Shown piece after piece: positions 46,380-57,619 of a DNA stretch of 64,000 bases (position 1 is the first letter of the stretch; every line of letters begins with the position of its first letter). Where the stretch lies: positions 17,422,001 through 17,486,000 of the forward strand of contig NW_027361863.1 of assembly GCF_039654945.1 (NCBI RefSeq), written 5' to 3'. Both the position numbers and the translations under genes were made by a program. Origin of the DNA: Dendrobates tinctorius (Eukaryota). The notes beneath the pieces are model-generated. The model had not been told where the DNA came from and made no database searches. It saw only the letters and a program-made list of their open reading frames with translations.

Positions 46380-47431
46380 CTTCAACCCCATTGACTACAC
46401 GTTATTAAAATATGTACCATCTGGGAGCTTTTGGTGTGAAGAAGCTGCTATAGTATACATCCCTGCAGACATACACCTTGCTATTCTGGCACCTCAGGGT
46501 CTGTGCAAATGTGACATGAATAGTACCAATAAAGCAAAATCTGCACAGCAAAATGGCGCTCCTTCCCTTCTGAGATTTACAGTGTGCCCTAATAGCAGTT
46601 TCTGACCACATATGGGTTATTGGCGTACTCGGGAAAGATTGGGTTACTGATTATGGCATCCGTTTTCTCCTACTATGCCCTGTGAAAATGAAAAAAATTG
46701 AGGCCAAAGCAACATTTTAGTGTAAAAAAAAATTAAATGTTTCATTTTGAAGGTCCATTATTATAAAATGTTGTGATGCGCTTGTGGGTTGAAAATGGTT
46801 ATTACAACGCTAGATAAATGCTTTGAGGGGTGTAATTTCCAAAATGGGATCACGTGTGCGGTTTTTAAATGTGACAGCGTCCACAATCTATTCCAGCCAA
46901 AAGTCAACTATTGCTCCTTCCCTTCCGAGCCCTGTTGTGCACCAAAACAGTAGTTTTCCCCCCACATATGGGGTATCGGTATACTCAGGAAAAATTGCAC
47001 AACAAATTGCGGTGCCCATTTTCACTTGTTACCCTTGAGAAAATGAAAAATTTGAGGCTAAAGCAACAGCTACGCTTTTAACCTTTCTAACATGCTAAAA
47101 AAAATAAAAATGACAGAGAAGAAATATGGTCAATTTTATTTACTTACAAATTTTATGCAGAATGACTGTTTTAAGATCATAAAAGTTCAAGCCGGAAAAA
47201 AGTAGAGATTTTCATTAAAGTTCAAATATTTTCATAAATATAAGCAAAGTGCATCGACGTCATTTTACTGCTAACATAAAGGACACTGTGTCATGAAAAA
47301 AAAATAAACAGTCTCGGAAATCCTGAGGTATGTAGAAGCAGTTTATAGTTAATAATACATGAAGTGACGCTGATCGAATTTGAACAATTTGGCCTTGTCC
47401 GGAAAGTGAAAACTATCTTTGTCGGGAAGGG
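46380..47431. mobile_element. Degenerate non-autonomous piggyBac-like element fragment
   Basis: Internal duplicated blocks (GCTCCTTCCCTTC.GAG, CCACATATGGG.TAT.GG); right end ...GTCGGGAAGGG resembles the end of 53313-53872. Confidence 0.45.
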
Positions 47432-47954
47432 AATAAACGGGTGTATACACACTGGGGATATTATCTGCACTACGCAAGTGAGATTTCCAAAAGTGGATCC
47501 CAGTCCTAACATTTTGTTTTGGTAATGGATCCTTATGGGAAGCAAAACTTTAAACCAAGGCACAAATCAGCGCAACTGTAAGTGGGCGCCAAAATTCACT
47601 CATCACCAATAACCTGATCGGTAGCACAGATCTAACATAGCTGCATGGAAAGCTAGCAAGCTTGGTAGCCATATAATCACTTAAGGAGATGATCCTAAAG
47701 ACAGGACAGACCTCCATATGCAATGATAAAGTTATGGTTGTAGACGTTGGCATTTTGGTCCTCTCCCTAATTTTAGATGATTTCCAATGGTATTGAGCTT
47801 GAAATTGCGTGCATTGCTCAAACTACACAGATTCAGTAGACACACGTCACTTGGGATGAGGGTTGTCTTCAAAAAGGTAAACCAATCCCTGCCATATTTG
47901 CATCTTCCTCTGATTACCTATCTGCACCTCTCACCTTTGTCTCTCATTATCACC

Positions 47955-48863
47955 ATGTCTTCTACCACTATCAAGGCTTTTAGTGCAGTCCACATCTTGG
48001 CTTTCCTCAGCGGATTGATCACAAATGGTTTTGTCCTCGGGGTCAACATTTGGAACCAAAAACATTCAGTCCCTCTGACTAAATCAGACTTCTACATGTG
48101 CTATTTGGCAATAACCAACCTTTCTCTCCAGATCTGGACCACAGCCAGATGGATATGTAACATTGGCCAAGAGAATGACCTTGTCTGCCGCTTAATGAAT
48201 GCCCTAACCACAACCTCCATTTCGTGCAGTCTACTGTTGACCGCATCTCTTTGTATGTTCTACTGCAGCAGGATTGTCGTCTTCAGATGCATTTTTTTTC
48301 GATGGGTGCAAAAACACGTTGTCCAAAAGTACCAATACCTGATTATACTGTCTGTTCTTTTCTGCGCAGCGATGGGTTTACCTTTGGCATGGACCATTGA
48401 CGTGTACAAAAACACGTCATGCCTTTGCTCCTCAGCTCCGTGTAGCGAAAGGATCGACACACCTTCTTACAAAGTGATATATCGCTCGGTAATAATGCTT
48501 TTTGGGTACGCAATACCACTTTTTTACGTTGTCCTAGCAGCTGGTCTTATACTTCGGTCGCTTGTACACCATGTAAGACGAATGCATACCAATATGAGAA
48601 TGGGACATGAAGTCCGCATGGTGGCCCACCTACAAGCTGGATGCACCGTGCTGTCTTTGCTCCTTTTGTTTAGTGTATACTTTGTGATATCTGTACTGTT
48701 TTTAGCAGACTTGGTTCCTCGGGACAGTCCGTTCTCACATGCTTCTTATTTAGCACCAATGCTCTACTCCACTGTACATGGTCCAATAATGATTAAAGGG
48801 AACGTCAAACTACGAAATGCAGCAAGAGGCCTCGTAAAGTCATTAAAAACTTTGAGGTGGTAG
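47955..48863 (+). CDS. Taste receptor type 2-like GPCR (TAS2R-like A), 302 aa, intronless CDS
   Basis: Seven hydrophobic segments. TAS2R motifs: TNGFVLGVN (TM1), SDFYMCYLAITN (TM2), LCMFYCSRIV (TM3), NTS sequon in ECL2, LILRSLVHHVRRM (TM5), AHLQAGCTVLSLLLL (TM6), HGPIMIKGNVKLR (TM7/H8). Start placed at the ATG in CACCATGT; the ORF is open from 47787. Confidence 0.88.
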   Translation: MSSTTIKAFSAVHILAFLSGLITNGFVLGVNIWNQKHSVPLTKSDFYMCYLAITNLSLQIWTTARWICNIGQENDLVCRLMNALTTTSISCSLLLTASLCMFYCSRIVVFRCIFFRWVQKHVVQKYQYLIILSVLFCAAMGLPLAWTIDVYKNTSCLCSSAPCSERIDTPSYKVIYRSVIMLFGYAIPLFYVVLAAGLILRSLVHHVRRMHTNMRMGHEVRMVAHLQAGCTVLSLLLLFSVYFVISVLFLADLVPRDSPFSHASYLAPMLYSTVHGPIMIKGNVKLRNAARGLVKSLKTLRW

Positions 48864-49321
48864 CAATTATAATTTGTAATCCATATCTGTCTATTTCTGC
48901 ATTCTGTTTCTTTCTGACAATACCTACAACGAAACATGGATCTCATTGTCTGCACCCTTCATCGTCTAAAGCGGACGTTTTACTGCCATGGAAACACTGG
49001 TGGAGAAGGTAACCCAATGCTCCTGTATTTTGCATCTGTTTGCCTCTGACTTTTTTTTTTTCATCTTCGCCTCCATCCTGTATTTACTTACTGCAGTCTT
49101 TGCTGGTGACTTTGTAGTAGTGGTTGATCAACAGAAATGGAAATTCTGGAATCTGCGTCCACCACTGGCTAATAAATGTCTACTGTACACTTGTCATCAT
49201 GATTGACTCTTTGATGTTGTCGGAAACTATGACGTCTTTAGCCAAATTGCCATTAACTTTGTGCTTGTTCAATTCTATCACCTTTTCTATAAGATGAGCA
49301 ACAAAAGCATATTAAAGTAGA

Positions 49322-50119
49322 CCATCTGATGGTCCACTTCTTATGATCTGATGGTCCACTTCCTTATGATCATCTGATGGTCCACCTTCTTTATGATCAT
49401 CTGATGGTCCACCTTCCTTATGATCATCTGATGGTCCACCTTCCTTATGATCATCTGTTGGTCCACCTTCCTTATGATCATCTGATGGTCCACCTTCCTT
49501 ATGATCATCTGATGGTCCACCTTCCTTATGATCATCTAATGGTCCACCTTCCTTATGATCATCTGTTGGTCCACCTTCCTTATGATCATCTGATGGTCCA
49601 CCTTCCTTATGATCATCTGTTGGTCCACCTTCCTTATGATCATCTAATGGTCCACCTTCCTTATGATCATCTGTTGGTCCACCTTCCTTATGATCATCTG
49701 ATGGTCCACCTTCCTTATGATCATCTGTTGGTCCACCTTCCTTATGATCATCTGATGGTCCACCTTCCTTATGATCATCTGTTGGTCCACCTTCCTTATG
49801 ATCATCTGATGGTCCACCTTCCTTATGATCATCTGATGGTCCACCTTCCTTATGATCATCTGATGGTCCACCTTCCTTATGATCATCTGATGGTCCACCT
49901 TCCTTATGATCATCTGTTGGTCCACCTTCCTTATGATCATCTGATGGTCCACCTTCCTTATGATCATCTGATGGTCCACTTTCCTTATGATCATCTGTTG
50001 GTCCACCTTCCTTATGATCATCTGATGGTCCACCTTCCTTATGATCATCTGATGGTCCACCTTCCTTATGATCATCTGATGGTCCACCTTCCTTATGATC
50101 ATCTGATGGTCCACCTTCC
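49322..50119. repeat. 27-bp minisatellite
   Basis: CATCTGATGGTCCACCTTCCTTATGAT x ~29. Confidence 0.97.
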
Positions 50120-50932
50120 TTCTTCTTAAATTGTTCTGCTACTATAAAGGAACTATTGGTGGAAATGGCAACACGTTGCTTCTGTTCGTGCTCACATTGT
50201 CTATTTTGACTTCTCATATCTTTCCATTGTGTATTCGACCATTGCCTTCAATCTCTCCTCTGCATAGACTTGTTAGGTTTCTCACCTATGATTATAGAGT
50301 GATTGATCTACGAGATCGTTTTGCAGTGATCTGTATGCCTATAACCAACTTTCCAGATATGGTATGTGGTCAGGATATAGCTGGTTTTGAATCAAAGTCC
50401 GATACTCCTACTATACACCGTCTTAGTCGGGCGTCACATCACGTCTTGGTTCTAATTCATAACTCTTATCAGGAAGACTACTCTATTGTTTCCTAAAGGA
50501 TGGACACCGACGGAAAGATGGTCAAGTGGAGTCCAAAGTTTCATATTTTGGATTCTCGCTGTTTCATTAAAGTCAGTGGCTTTTCTTGTGTAATCAGATT
50601 GAAGCCTATGAACGGCGGTCAAGCGCTAGGTGAACCTAGCCTTACATGATTTCCACAAATTGTACCATTGTACCATCGTTACTCATTTTGCTAGCTTTTA
50701 GCATTAGGGCATCAACTTTTTGCGCTTTTCCAAACCAACTTCTTATAAATCAAGGGAATGTGTATATAAATCTAGCTGCACATTATGACGTTTTTAGGGC
50801 TAGGGTCACCTGACCGAGGATTCTTTGATCCAAGAGAATTGGCCGATCATGCTAATTGCACTCTGATGAAACTCTGTCCGAGGAAAAAAATTGGACACAT
50901 GTATGGCAAAATAGAATAAAACAGATCTGATA

Positions 50933-51049
50933 GGGCAGCACGGTGGCTCAGTGGTTAGCACTGCAGCCTTGCAGCGCTGGAGTCCTGGGTTCGAATCCCA
51001 CCTAGGACAACATCTGCAAGGAGTTTGTATGTTCTCCCCGTGTTTGCGT

Positions 51050-51080
<31 letters not shown>

Positions 51081-51207
51081 ACACTCCAAAGACATACTGA
51101 TAGGGAATTTAGATTGTGAGCCCCATCGGGGACAGTGATGAAAATGTGTGCAAACTGTAAAGCGCTGCGGAATATGATAGCGCTATATAAAAATAAAGAT
51201 TATTATT
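50933..51207 (+). mobile_element. Full-length tRNA-derived V-type SINE
   Basis: A-box TGGCTCAGTGG, B-box GGTTCGAATCCC, V-SINE-like core, L2-like 3' end with (ATT)n, TSD ATCTGAT. Confidence 0.9.
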
Positions 51208-51428
51208 ATCTGATGTTTTGTCAGATCACACTGGGACAGAAAATACGGTGCACGAGCCCTTAGGACTTCAAGCTGATCACCACACTGATTATTTTTTTCT
51301 CCTTCACCCTCCCTCTTCTAAGGCTGGCATGTAAAGCAATTGGTGGCAGAGGTAACTCAACGCTCCGGCACTTTGCATCCATCAATCCATCTTCTACCTA
51401 CTTTGACTCCATTTTCACATCAATCTCC

Positions 51429-52385
51429 ATGATGCATGCAGCTCTTTATTTCATTCTTTCTGCTGCCTCCTTCGGGGGAATATCAACCAATGGTTTTGCC
51501 GTGGGAGTCAATCTATGGGACTGGAAACTTAGAGGTGATCTGAAAGCCTCTGATTATTTTATATGTAGCATTGCCTTATCCAATCTCTCTCTCCAGTTGT
51601 GGTTGGGATTCGCTTGGCTCTGTGACAACGACTGGCACGACGACACCTTTTGCCGCATCGACTATGTCTTGACGATGATTTCCACTCATTTTAGCCTGGT
51701 ATTGGCGGCAGCCATGTGTTCGTTTTTTTGTTCCAAAATTGTGACGGTCAACAACTGGTTAATTCAGATTGTGAGACGACTGTACAGCGAATCGTACGGC
51801 TTTATCATCTGTCGCATCTTCGTTATCTGCATCGTCTTGGGGTTACCACTTTTCTGGGTTAAAAACCTAGAACCATCCACCGGCTCAGACTCTACGTCCC
51901 TTAACATAAGTGATTCCGCCAACTTGTATGAGACCCGAATGGAGAGCTATTTGGAAGCTTATATGTCCTTTATTTTGACCTGTGGGTATACGTTTCCTGT
52001 GATGATGAGTTTGGTGTCAGCTGGTTGTATAATGACATCTCTCGTGAAGCACGTGAAGAGGATGCGAAGCACCATGGAGAAAAAGCATGGCGTCCTTATA
52101 GAAGCCCACCGACGCACCGCCTGGACAGTGCTCTCCTTACTCGCATTAATCCTTATGCACTTTGTGACATCCATTATCATTACGATGGAGGTGTTTCCCG
52201 CAGGAGATCTCGGCTCAGCTATCTGTAATGTTCTCTCTCGATTATACACGCCAATGTTTGGGATTCTACTTCTTAGAAGTAATTCTAAACTTAGGAGGGT
52301 GGCAAGCGAGATTAAAAGGAAAGCAATAGGGAAGATAAAGGCACTGACATGGACAAGAAACAATGCACCAGTCCATATCAATTAG
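51429..52385 (+). CDS. Taste receptor type 2-like GPCR (TAS2R-like B), 318 aa, intronless CDS
   Basis: TNGFAVGVNLWDW, SDYFICSIALSN, MCSFFCSKIV, NIS sequon, IMTSLVKHVKRM, EAHRRTAWTVLSLL, ILLLRSNSKLRR. Confidence 0.88.
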   Translation: MMHAALYFILSAASFGGISTNGFAVGVNLWDWKLRGDLKASDYFICSIALSNLSLQLWLGFAWLCDNDWHDDTFCRIDYVLTMISTHFSLVLAAAMCSFFCSKIVTVNNWLIQIVRRLYSESYGFIICRIFVICIVLGLPLFWVKNLEPSTGSDSTSLNISDSANLYETRMESYLEAYMSFILTCGYTFPVMMSLVSAGCIMTSLVKHVKRMRSTMEKKHGVLIEAHRRTAWTVLSLLALILMHFVTSIIITMEVFPAGDLGSAICNVLSRLYTPMFGILLLRSNSKLRRVASEIKRKAIGKIKALTWTRNNAPVHIN

Positions 52386-52462
52386 ATAAAAATACACCCC
52401 GCCTGTTTCACGATTTGTTTAGAGGTTAAGGACACTTTTGGGGCATATTTTTCTTACTTAAA

Positions 52463-52828
52463 GGGAATCTGTCAGCATATTTTTTTCATGTAATCCAAGA
52501 GCAGCATAATGTAGGGTCTGAAACCCTGATTCCAGTGATGTGTCACTTACTAGGCTGTGTTTTGCTATTTCAAGAAAATCAGTGTTTTATCAGCAGGAGA
52601 TTATCACTCACAGACTAGGTGTCTAATCCCTCCTGGTCCAACCCCGCCCCCACCACTGATCGGCAGCTTTCTGCCTATGCACAGTGTACATATAAAGTCG
52701 CCAATCAGTGGTGTGGGCAGGGTTTGTATAAAAATGACAGCAAGTGACGCATCGCTGGAATCAGGCTCTCTGCCCCTACAACATGCTGCTCTCAGATTAC
52801 ACAACAAAAATCTGGGAAGAGATTCCCT
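52463..52828. mobile_element. TTAA MITE (T2/Kolobok-like)
   Basis: TTAA|AGGGAATCTGTC ... GAGATTCCCT|TTAA with internal inverted symmetry. Confidence 0.75.
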
Positions 52829-53312
52829 TTAAATGCATGAACTTTGGGCTAAAAAACAGTTATGCATTTGGGTTCAATTAAAAACGTTTTGCACCTTTTG
52901 GCCTTTGCAGGATTTTTGTCTCCCTGCACATTGCTGGCTGCAGAATGAGATAACTGAGAATCTGACAGTGAGCTCCTTCTGAAGGGAGAGTTTGCAACTC
53001 TCTTGTCGTTAACTGAGCATCATTGCTGATTTATGTTTAGTTCAACTTTGATGTGGTCTGTGGATGTAAGCGACGACGGATTCTCAGTCAACTCATTGTG
53101 CAGCCAGCAGTAAGCAGTGCAACACAAAAGCTATGGAAGCCAGTCGCTGCAACATTTTTAATGAAGCTCAATTAAACATATTTTAGCCCAAAATACATAT
53201 ATATTTAAGCAAAAGCTTATACCCCCAAAGGTGCTTATATGCTGATTACAAACAATATATATATATATATATATATATTCCATACAAAATTCAGTTCCTA
53301 GTAAAACTTTAA

Positions 53313-53872
53313 CCCCTTAGTGACCACCATTACGTCTTTTTACTGACCTCACACATCAGACAATAGCAGCACCCAACTGGAAAAAGTGCAGCAGCTGTCG
53401 GCTGTACACTATAGCTGGCACCTTGCTGCATCAGCCTCAATTGGTGTTGGCACCAACCAAAGTTTTTTTTTAACTCTTTGGATGCTGCTATCAATAGTGA
53501 CTATGGCATCTAGATGGTTAACAGAATGGGGGGGGCTCCATCTTTATCCCCATGGGCACCCTGAGATCATGATTGTGTGGTCCTGATGCTTGCTATGGCA
53601 ATTCACGGTCAATTAACGGCCTTAGAGGACAGCGACCTGTTGAAAAGTTAGCAACATTTAAGTGGTAAAAATAAAATTTTTCCTTCCAGTCATGCTACTT
53701 TGTATTAATTCCTAAAAAGCTCCTGAAGTGTTAAGAAACTTCCTGATAGTAAGTACAATATGTCACGAAAAACAGTCTCAAAATCTCTAAGATCTGATGA
53801 AGCGTTCCAGAGTTATTACCACATACAGTGACACTGGTCAGATTTAAACAAATTGGCCGGGTCACTAAGGGG
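53313..53872. mobile_element. Non-autonomous piggyBac-like element
   Basis: TTAA TSD; TIR CCCCTTAGTGACC / GGTCACTAAGGGG. Confidence 0.85.
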
Positions 53873-54705
53873 TTAAGACGATAAATTTATAATAATGTTC
53901 AGACTTGCATTTCCTGGCACTCCTGGAACAACAATGACATATACCCCTGATGGGCCAGGGGTATTTCCGGGAGAAGTGGGGGAGCGGGAATTCCATGGAG
54001 GGGCGAGATTGGGACTTAAATATCCCAAGAAATGTTGGAAACTATGGCATTTTGTTTGTACCATACAACCGTGGAGACACATAGATTTGCATAAGAGCTG
54101 TAAACACTGCAATAGTGCTTTATTCTTATAATTTCACTGCATTAGAGTTAAAGAAATGTCTTCCTGACCAATGAATTGAGAGAATCTCGATCCCTATGTA
54201 TCTTACTTTCTGGAATATCTTGTACCTGCTTTGTGTGTTTTTGATGATTATTCAATAAAGCAGAGCTATTGTTTATGTGAAAGTCAACAACATTCCACGT
54301 GAATAGAATTTGTGCATTATTAGTTCAAAGTTTATCATCCACAACAATAAAAGAGTGTTCACACAGAGGAGAGGATTCACATTAGGATAGGTTCCCAGCA
54401 ACAGGAGATCGCCTTGTTGTTGGCTGCTGGGCATGCACGAATTGGCCAAATTAGGTGCTAAGAATCTCCATTTTTTTCTTATGATCTAGAGCAGTAATGC
54501 AAGTCAAAGTTCATATATTTTACATGCTATAGCACTACAGAGTGCAAGTTTATTTGTTAATGTGCTGTATTCTTGACAGCTAATACACAGACAGGGGCAC
54601 CGATTGATCAGGCGCCCCTATTGGAAAGTGCAAAATTCCTTTAACATCAGACCTATGACCAGTCCCCTAAATAAATTCAGACCCAAGACCAGGCCCCCTA
54701 AATAT

Positions 54706-56470
54706 ACAGTGCAGTGACCGAATCTTCGAATAAAAAGCGCCGCTATTTTTTTATTTAAAATGATACAACTAAGATGCGATTGAAGTGGAGACTTTCAGCT
54801 TTACATAAAGGGTTGAACAGAAATATCCTGTGAGACGTTTAGGAATTGCAACCTCATTTCAGGAGTTCAAAAGTAATTGGACAAAATAACTTTTTCCTTT
54901 GCAGGAAATGACCTGAAGTCTTGGACATCACCATACACTGGGTTTCCTCCTGTGTGATGCTTTGCCGTCTTTCCTGCAGTGACTTCAGTTGTTGCTTGTT
55001 TGTGGCTCTTTCTGCCTTAAGTTTTGTCTTCAGCCTGTGAAATGAGGCTCGATGGGGCTGAGAGCTGGTGATGACTCGGCCATCGCAGAATATTCTACTT
55101 CTTTGCTTTTTGCAGTATGTTTTGGGTCATTGTTCATTACTGTACTGTGAAACCCCGTCCAATCGACGTTGCTGCATTTGGTTGAATCTGAGCAGAAAGT
55201 ATCACCCTGTACACACAGAATACATCCGCCGCTTCTGTTTTCAGTCACGTCATCAATAACCACTAGTGACCCGATGCCATGAATGCCCGCGCCAGCACGA
55301 CGCCTCCACCACATTACAGAAGATGCGGCGTGCTTTGGATCATGAGCTGCTTCAAACCTTCTCTATGCTTTCTTCTTCCGGTACAGGATGATCATTGTTT
55401 TGTCTACACATAAAATGCTTTTCCAGAACTGGGCGGCTTCTTTACATGTTGTTTTTGGCAAAGTCTAGTCTGCCTGTAACACTCACCAGGTTAGATGGTT
55501 CCTCCAAACCCAAGGTCCAGGTGTGCCAACAGGCCACAGTGCAACTCGGGCACGTGGAACACGGAGAAATGAGGGACTGGAACCGCAGGTGGAATGCTGG
55601 AAACCATAGGCAGGCGGAGATGTCCAGGAGACCGCAGACAGGATGCTGGAAACTGCTGACAAGCAGGAGACCACAGACAGGCAGGTGGGAAACATGCAGG
55701 AGACCACAGGCAGGAGGGATGCTGGGAACTACTGGCAGGTGGGAGACGTCCAGGAGACCGCAGACAGGATGCTGGAAACTGCTGACAAGCAGGAGACCAC
55801 AGATAGGCAGGTGGGAAACGTGCAGGAGACCACAGGTAGGAGGGATGCTGGGAACTACTGGCAGGTGGGAGACGTCCAGGAGACCGCAGACAGGATGCTG
55901 GAAACTGCTGACAAGCAGGAGACCACAGACAGGCAGGTGGGAGACGTCCAGGAGACCGCAGGCGGGAGGGAAACGTCTAGGAGACCACAGGCAAGCAGAC
56001 GTGATGCTGTAAACCGCTGGCAGGCGGGAAACGTCTAGGAGACCTGCAGGCAGCAGCTGAGCAGGTTGAGGAGTATGGAGCAAGCCACTGTCTTAGTAGT
56101 ACTGATATCTTAATACCAAGACACAGGAGTCTTGGTATTAAGCTTTATATGAGCTTTATAAAGGCCAGGACGGGTGGTCACATGGAATCATCTGTAAATC
56201 CCGAAGTGAAGCACAACAGAGTCTAGCAAACTGGGGTAAGGGAAGCAAGGCACAGATCTGCGACAGGTGCGTAACACTGGCATTTCCATTTTTATGGCTG
56301 ATTAATGGTTTTCACCATGTGGTGAACCCTCTGTATTTGCTCTCAAGAAGTCGTCTCTTTATGGTAGATTTAGATACCGAAACACCTACTTCCCGGAGGG
56401 TGTTTTTCACTTGGGTGGAAGTTGTGAAGGTTTCTTTTTTCACCGTGCAAATGATTCTGTGATCATTATT
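54706..56470 (-). mobile_element. Degraded Tc1-like transposon, interrupted by a probable solo LTR
   Basis: Starts TA|CAGTG; transposase remnant NNDPKHTAK...SSPALSPIE (ORF 55030-55314); boundaries approximate. Confidence 0.6.
55475..56276. mobile_element. Probable solo LTR containing a ~126-bp tandem repeat
   Basis: TGTAAC...GTAACA termini; flanks CTGCC/CTGGC (5-bp TSD, one mismatch); internal repeats 55615-56050. Confidence 0.55.
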
Positions 56471-56753
56471 ATTACTAGATGGGGCTGGATGCTATGGCAT
56501 CAGGAGGGCGATAATGTCACGATGGGGGCAGGCTTTGCAGCGTTGAGAATCTCTCCCCACATGTGCTCACCCACCTGTCCACTCTCTCTTTCCCCATGTG
56601 CTGACTTCTCCCGTCTGTGCTCTCTTCTTTGACCTGTCTACCCCATGTGCTCTCCCCCTTGTCTGCTGTCTCTCTCCTTCCTGTGCTGTGTTCTCCCCTC
56701 ATGTGCTGTCCCGTTTGAGCTGTCTCCCCCCTGTGCTCTGTCTCTCTCACCCC

Positions 56754-57000
56754 TGTGTCTGACCGTGTACGTAGAATACCACAGCTCCTGGGCAGGGGAG
56801 GAAGCAGAAGACAATACTGACATTACAGCAGGAGATCGCAGAGGATACATTTTGTGAGGTAAAATATTGTTTAAAAAGTCAGTGAAATATTTTACCTCAC
56901 AAAATGAATCCTCTGTGATCCCCTGCTGTAATGTCAGTATTGTCTTTTGCTTCCTCCCCTGCCCAGGAGATGTAGTATGCTCCGTACACGGTCAGACACA
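56754..57000. mobile_element. Palindromic MITE core
   Basis: ~115-bp inverted arms TGTGTCTGACCGTGTACG...CATTTTGTGAGGTAAAATA / TATTTTACCTCACAAAATG...CGTACACGGTCAGACACA. Confidence 0.75.
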
Positions 57001-57619
57001 GACAATTTTGAAAATGAACTTACGTTCGTGGGAAAACCCCTTTAATGTGACCGGCTTCCTCCACCTGTAGACACGTCGCACATCTGCCGCCGGGATCAGC
57101 CAAATGATTCACTGCGCCTGCACGGAATTCGCGCAGGCACAATGCGATGGTGTTCAGCTGGTGGTACCGAGCAAGAGGCTGCGTGAGTGTGTGAGAGTGT
57201 ATGTGAGTGTGAATGTGAGTGTGTGAATGTGAGTGAGAGTGTGAATGTGACTGTGTACGGCGTATAGAGAGTGTGTGTGTGTGTGGTGCGTCGGTGTTCC
57301 GCTGGTGGTACTGCGTAATAGGTTGGTATCAGCAGCAGTTTCCATATGGAGACATCCATCACTTGGGTGTCCCAATATGGCGGTCGGTGAACTTCCTCCG
57401 CTTGGAATTCTGGAATACGGCGACATCTGGACAGAACAGGAAATGAAAACATTACAAGGCAATTATATAAATAGATATATTATTATAGCGCCATTTATCC
57501 ACCACTGCTATCTTCTGTATGTTCCCAAGCTCATCAGTGTGCTCTTTTTTTTGCAAAATGTACCAAACTTTTGATTTGGGCGCTCCTAACATTTTTGCTT
57601 ATCTCTCTGATGAATTTCT

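Noticed and set aside
47787-47954. 56-aa N-terminal extension of TAS2R-like A
   Set aside because: No counterpart in paralog B, TAS2Rs have very short N-termini, and ATG 47955 has better Kozak context; not fully excluded
49312-50217. EGGPSDDHK-repeat ORF
   Set aside because: 27-bp tandem repeat open in several frames; no gene structure
50933-51005. tRNA gene
   Set aside because: tRNA-like A/B boxes are the head of a SINE, with a SINE body, tail, TSD and three other copies in the window
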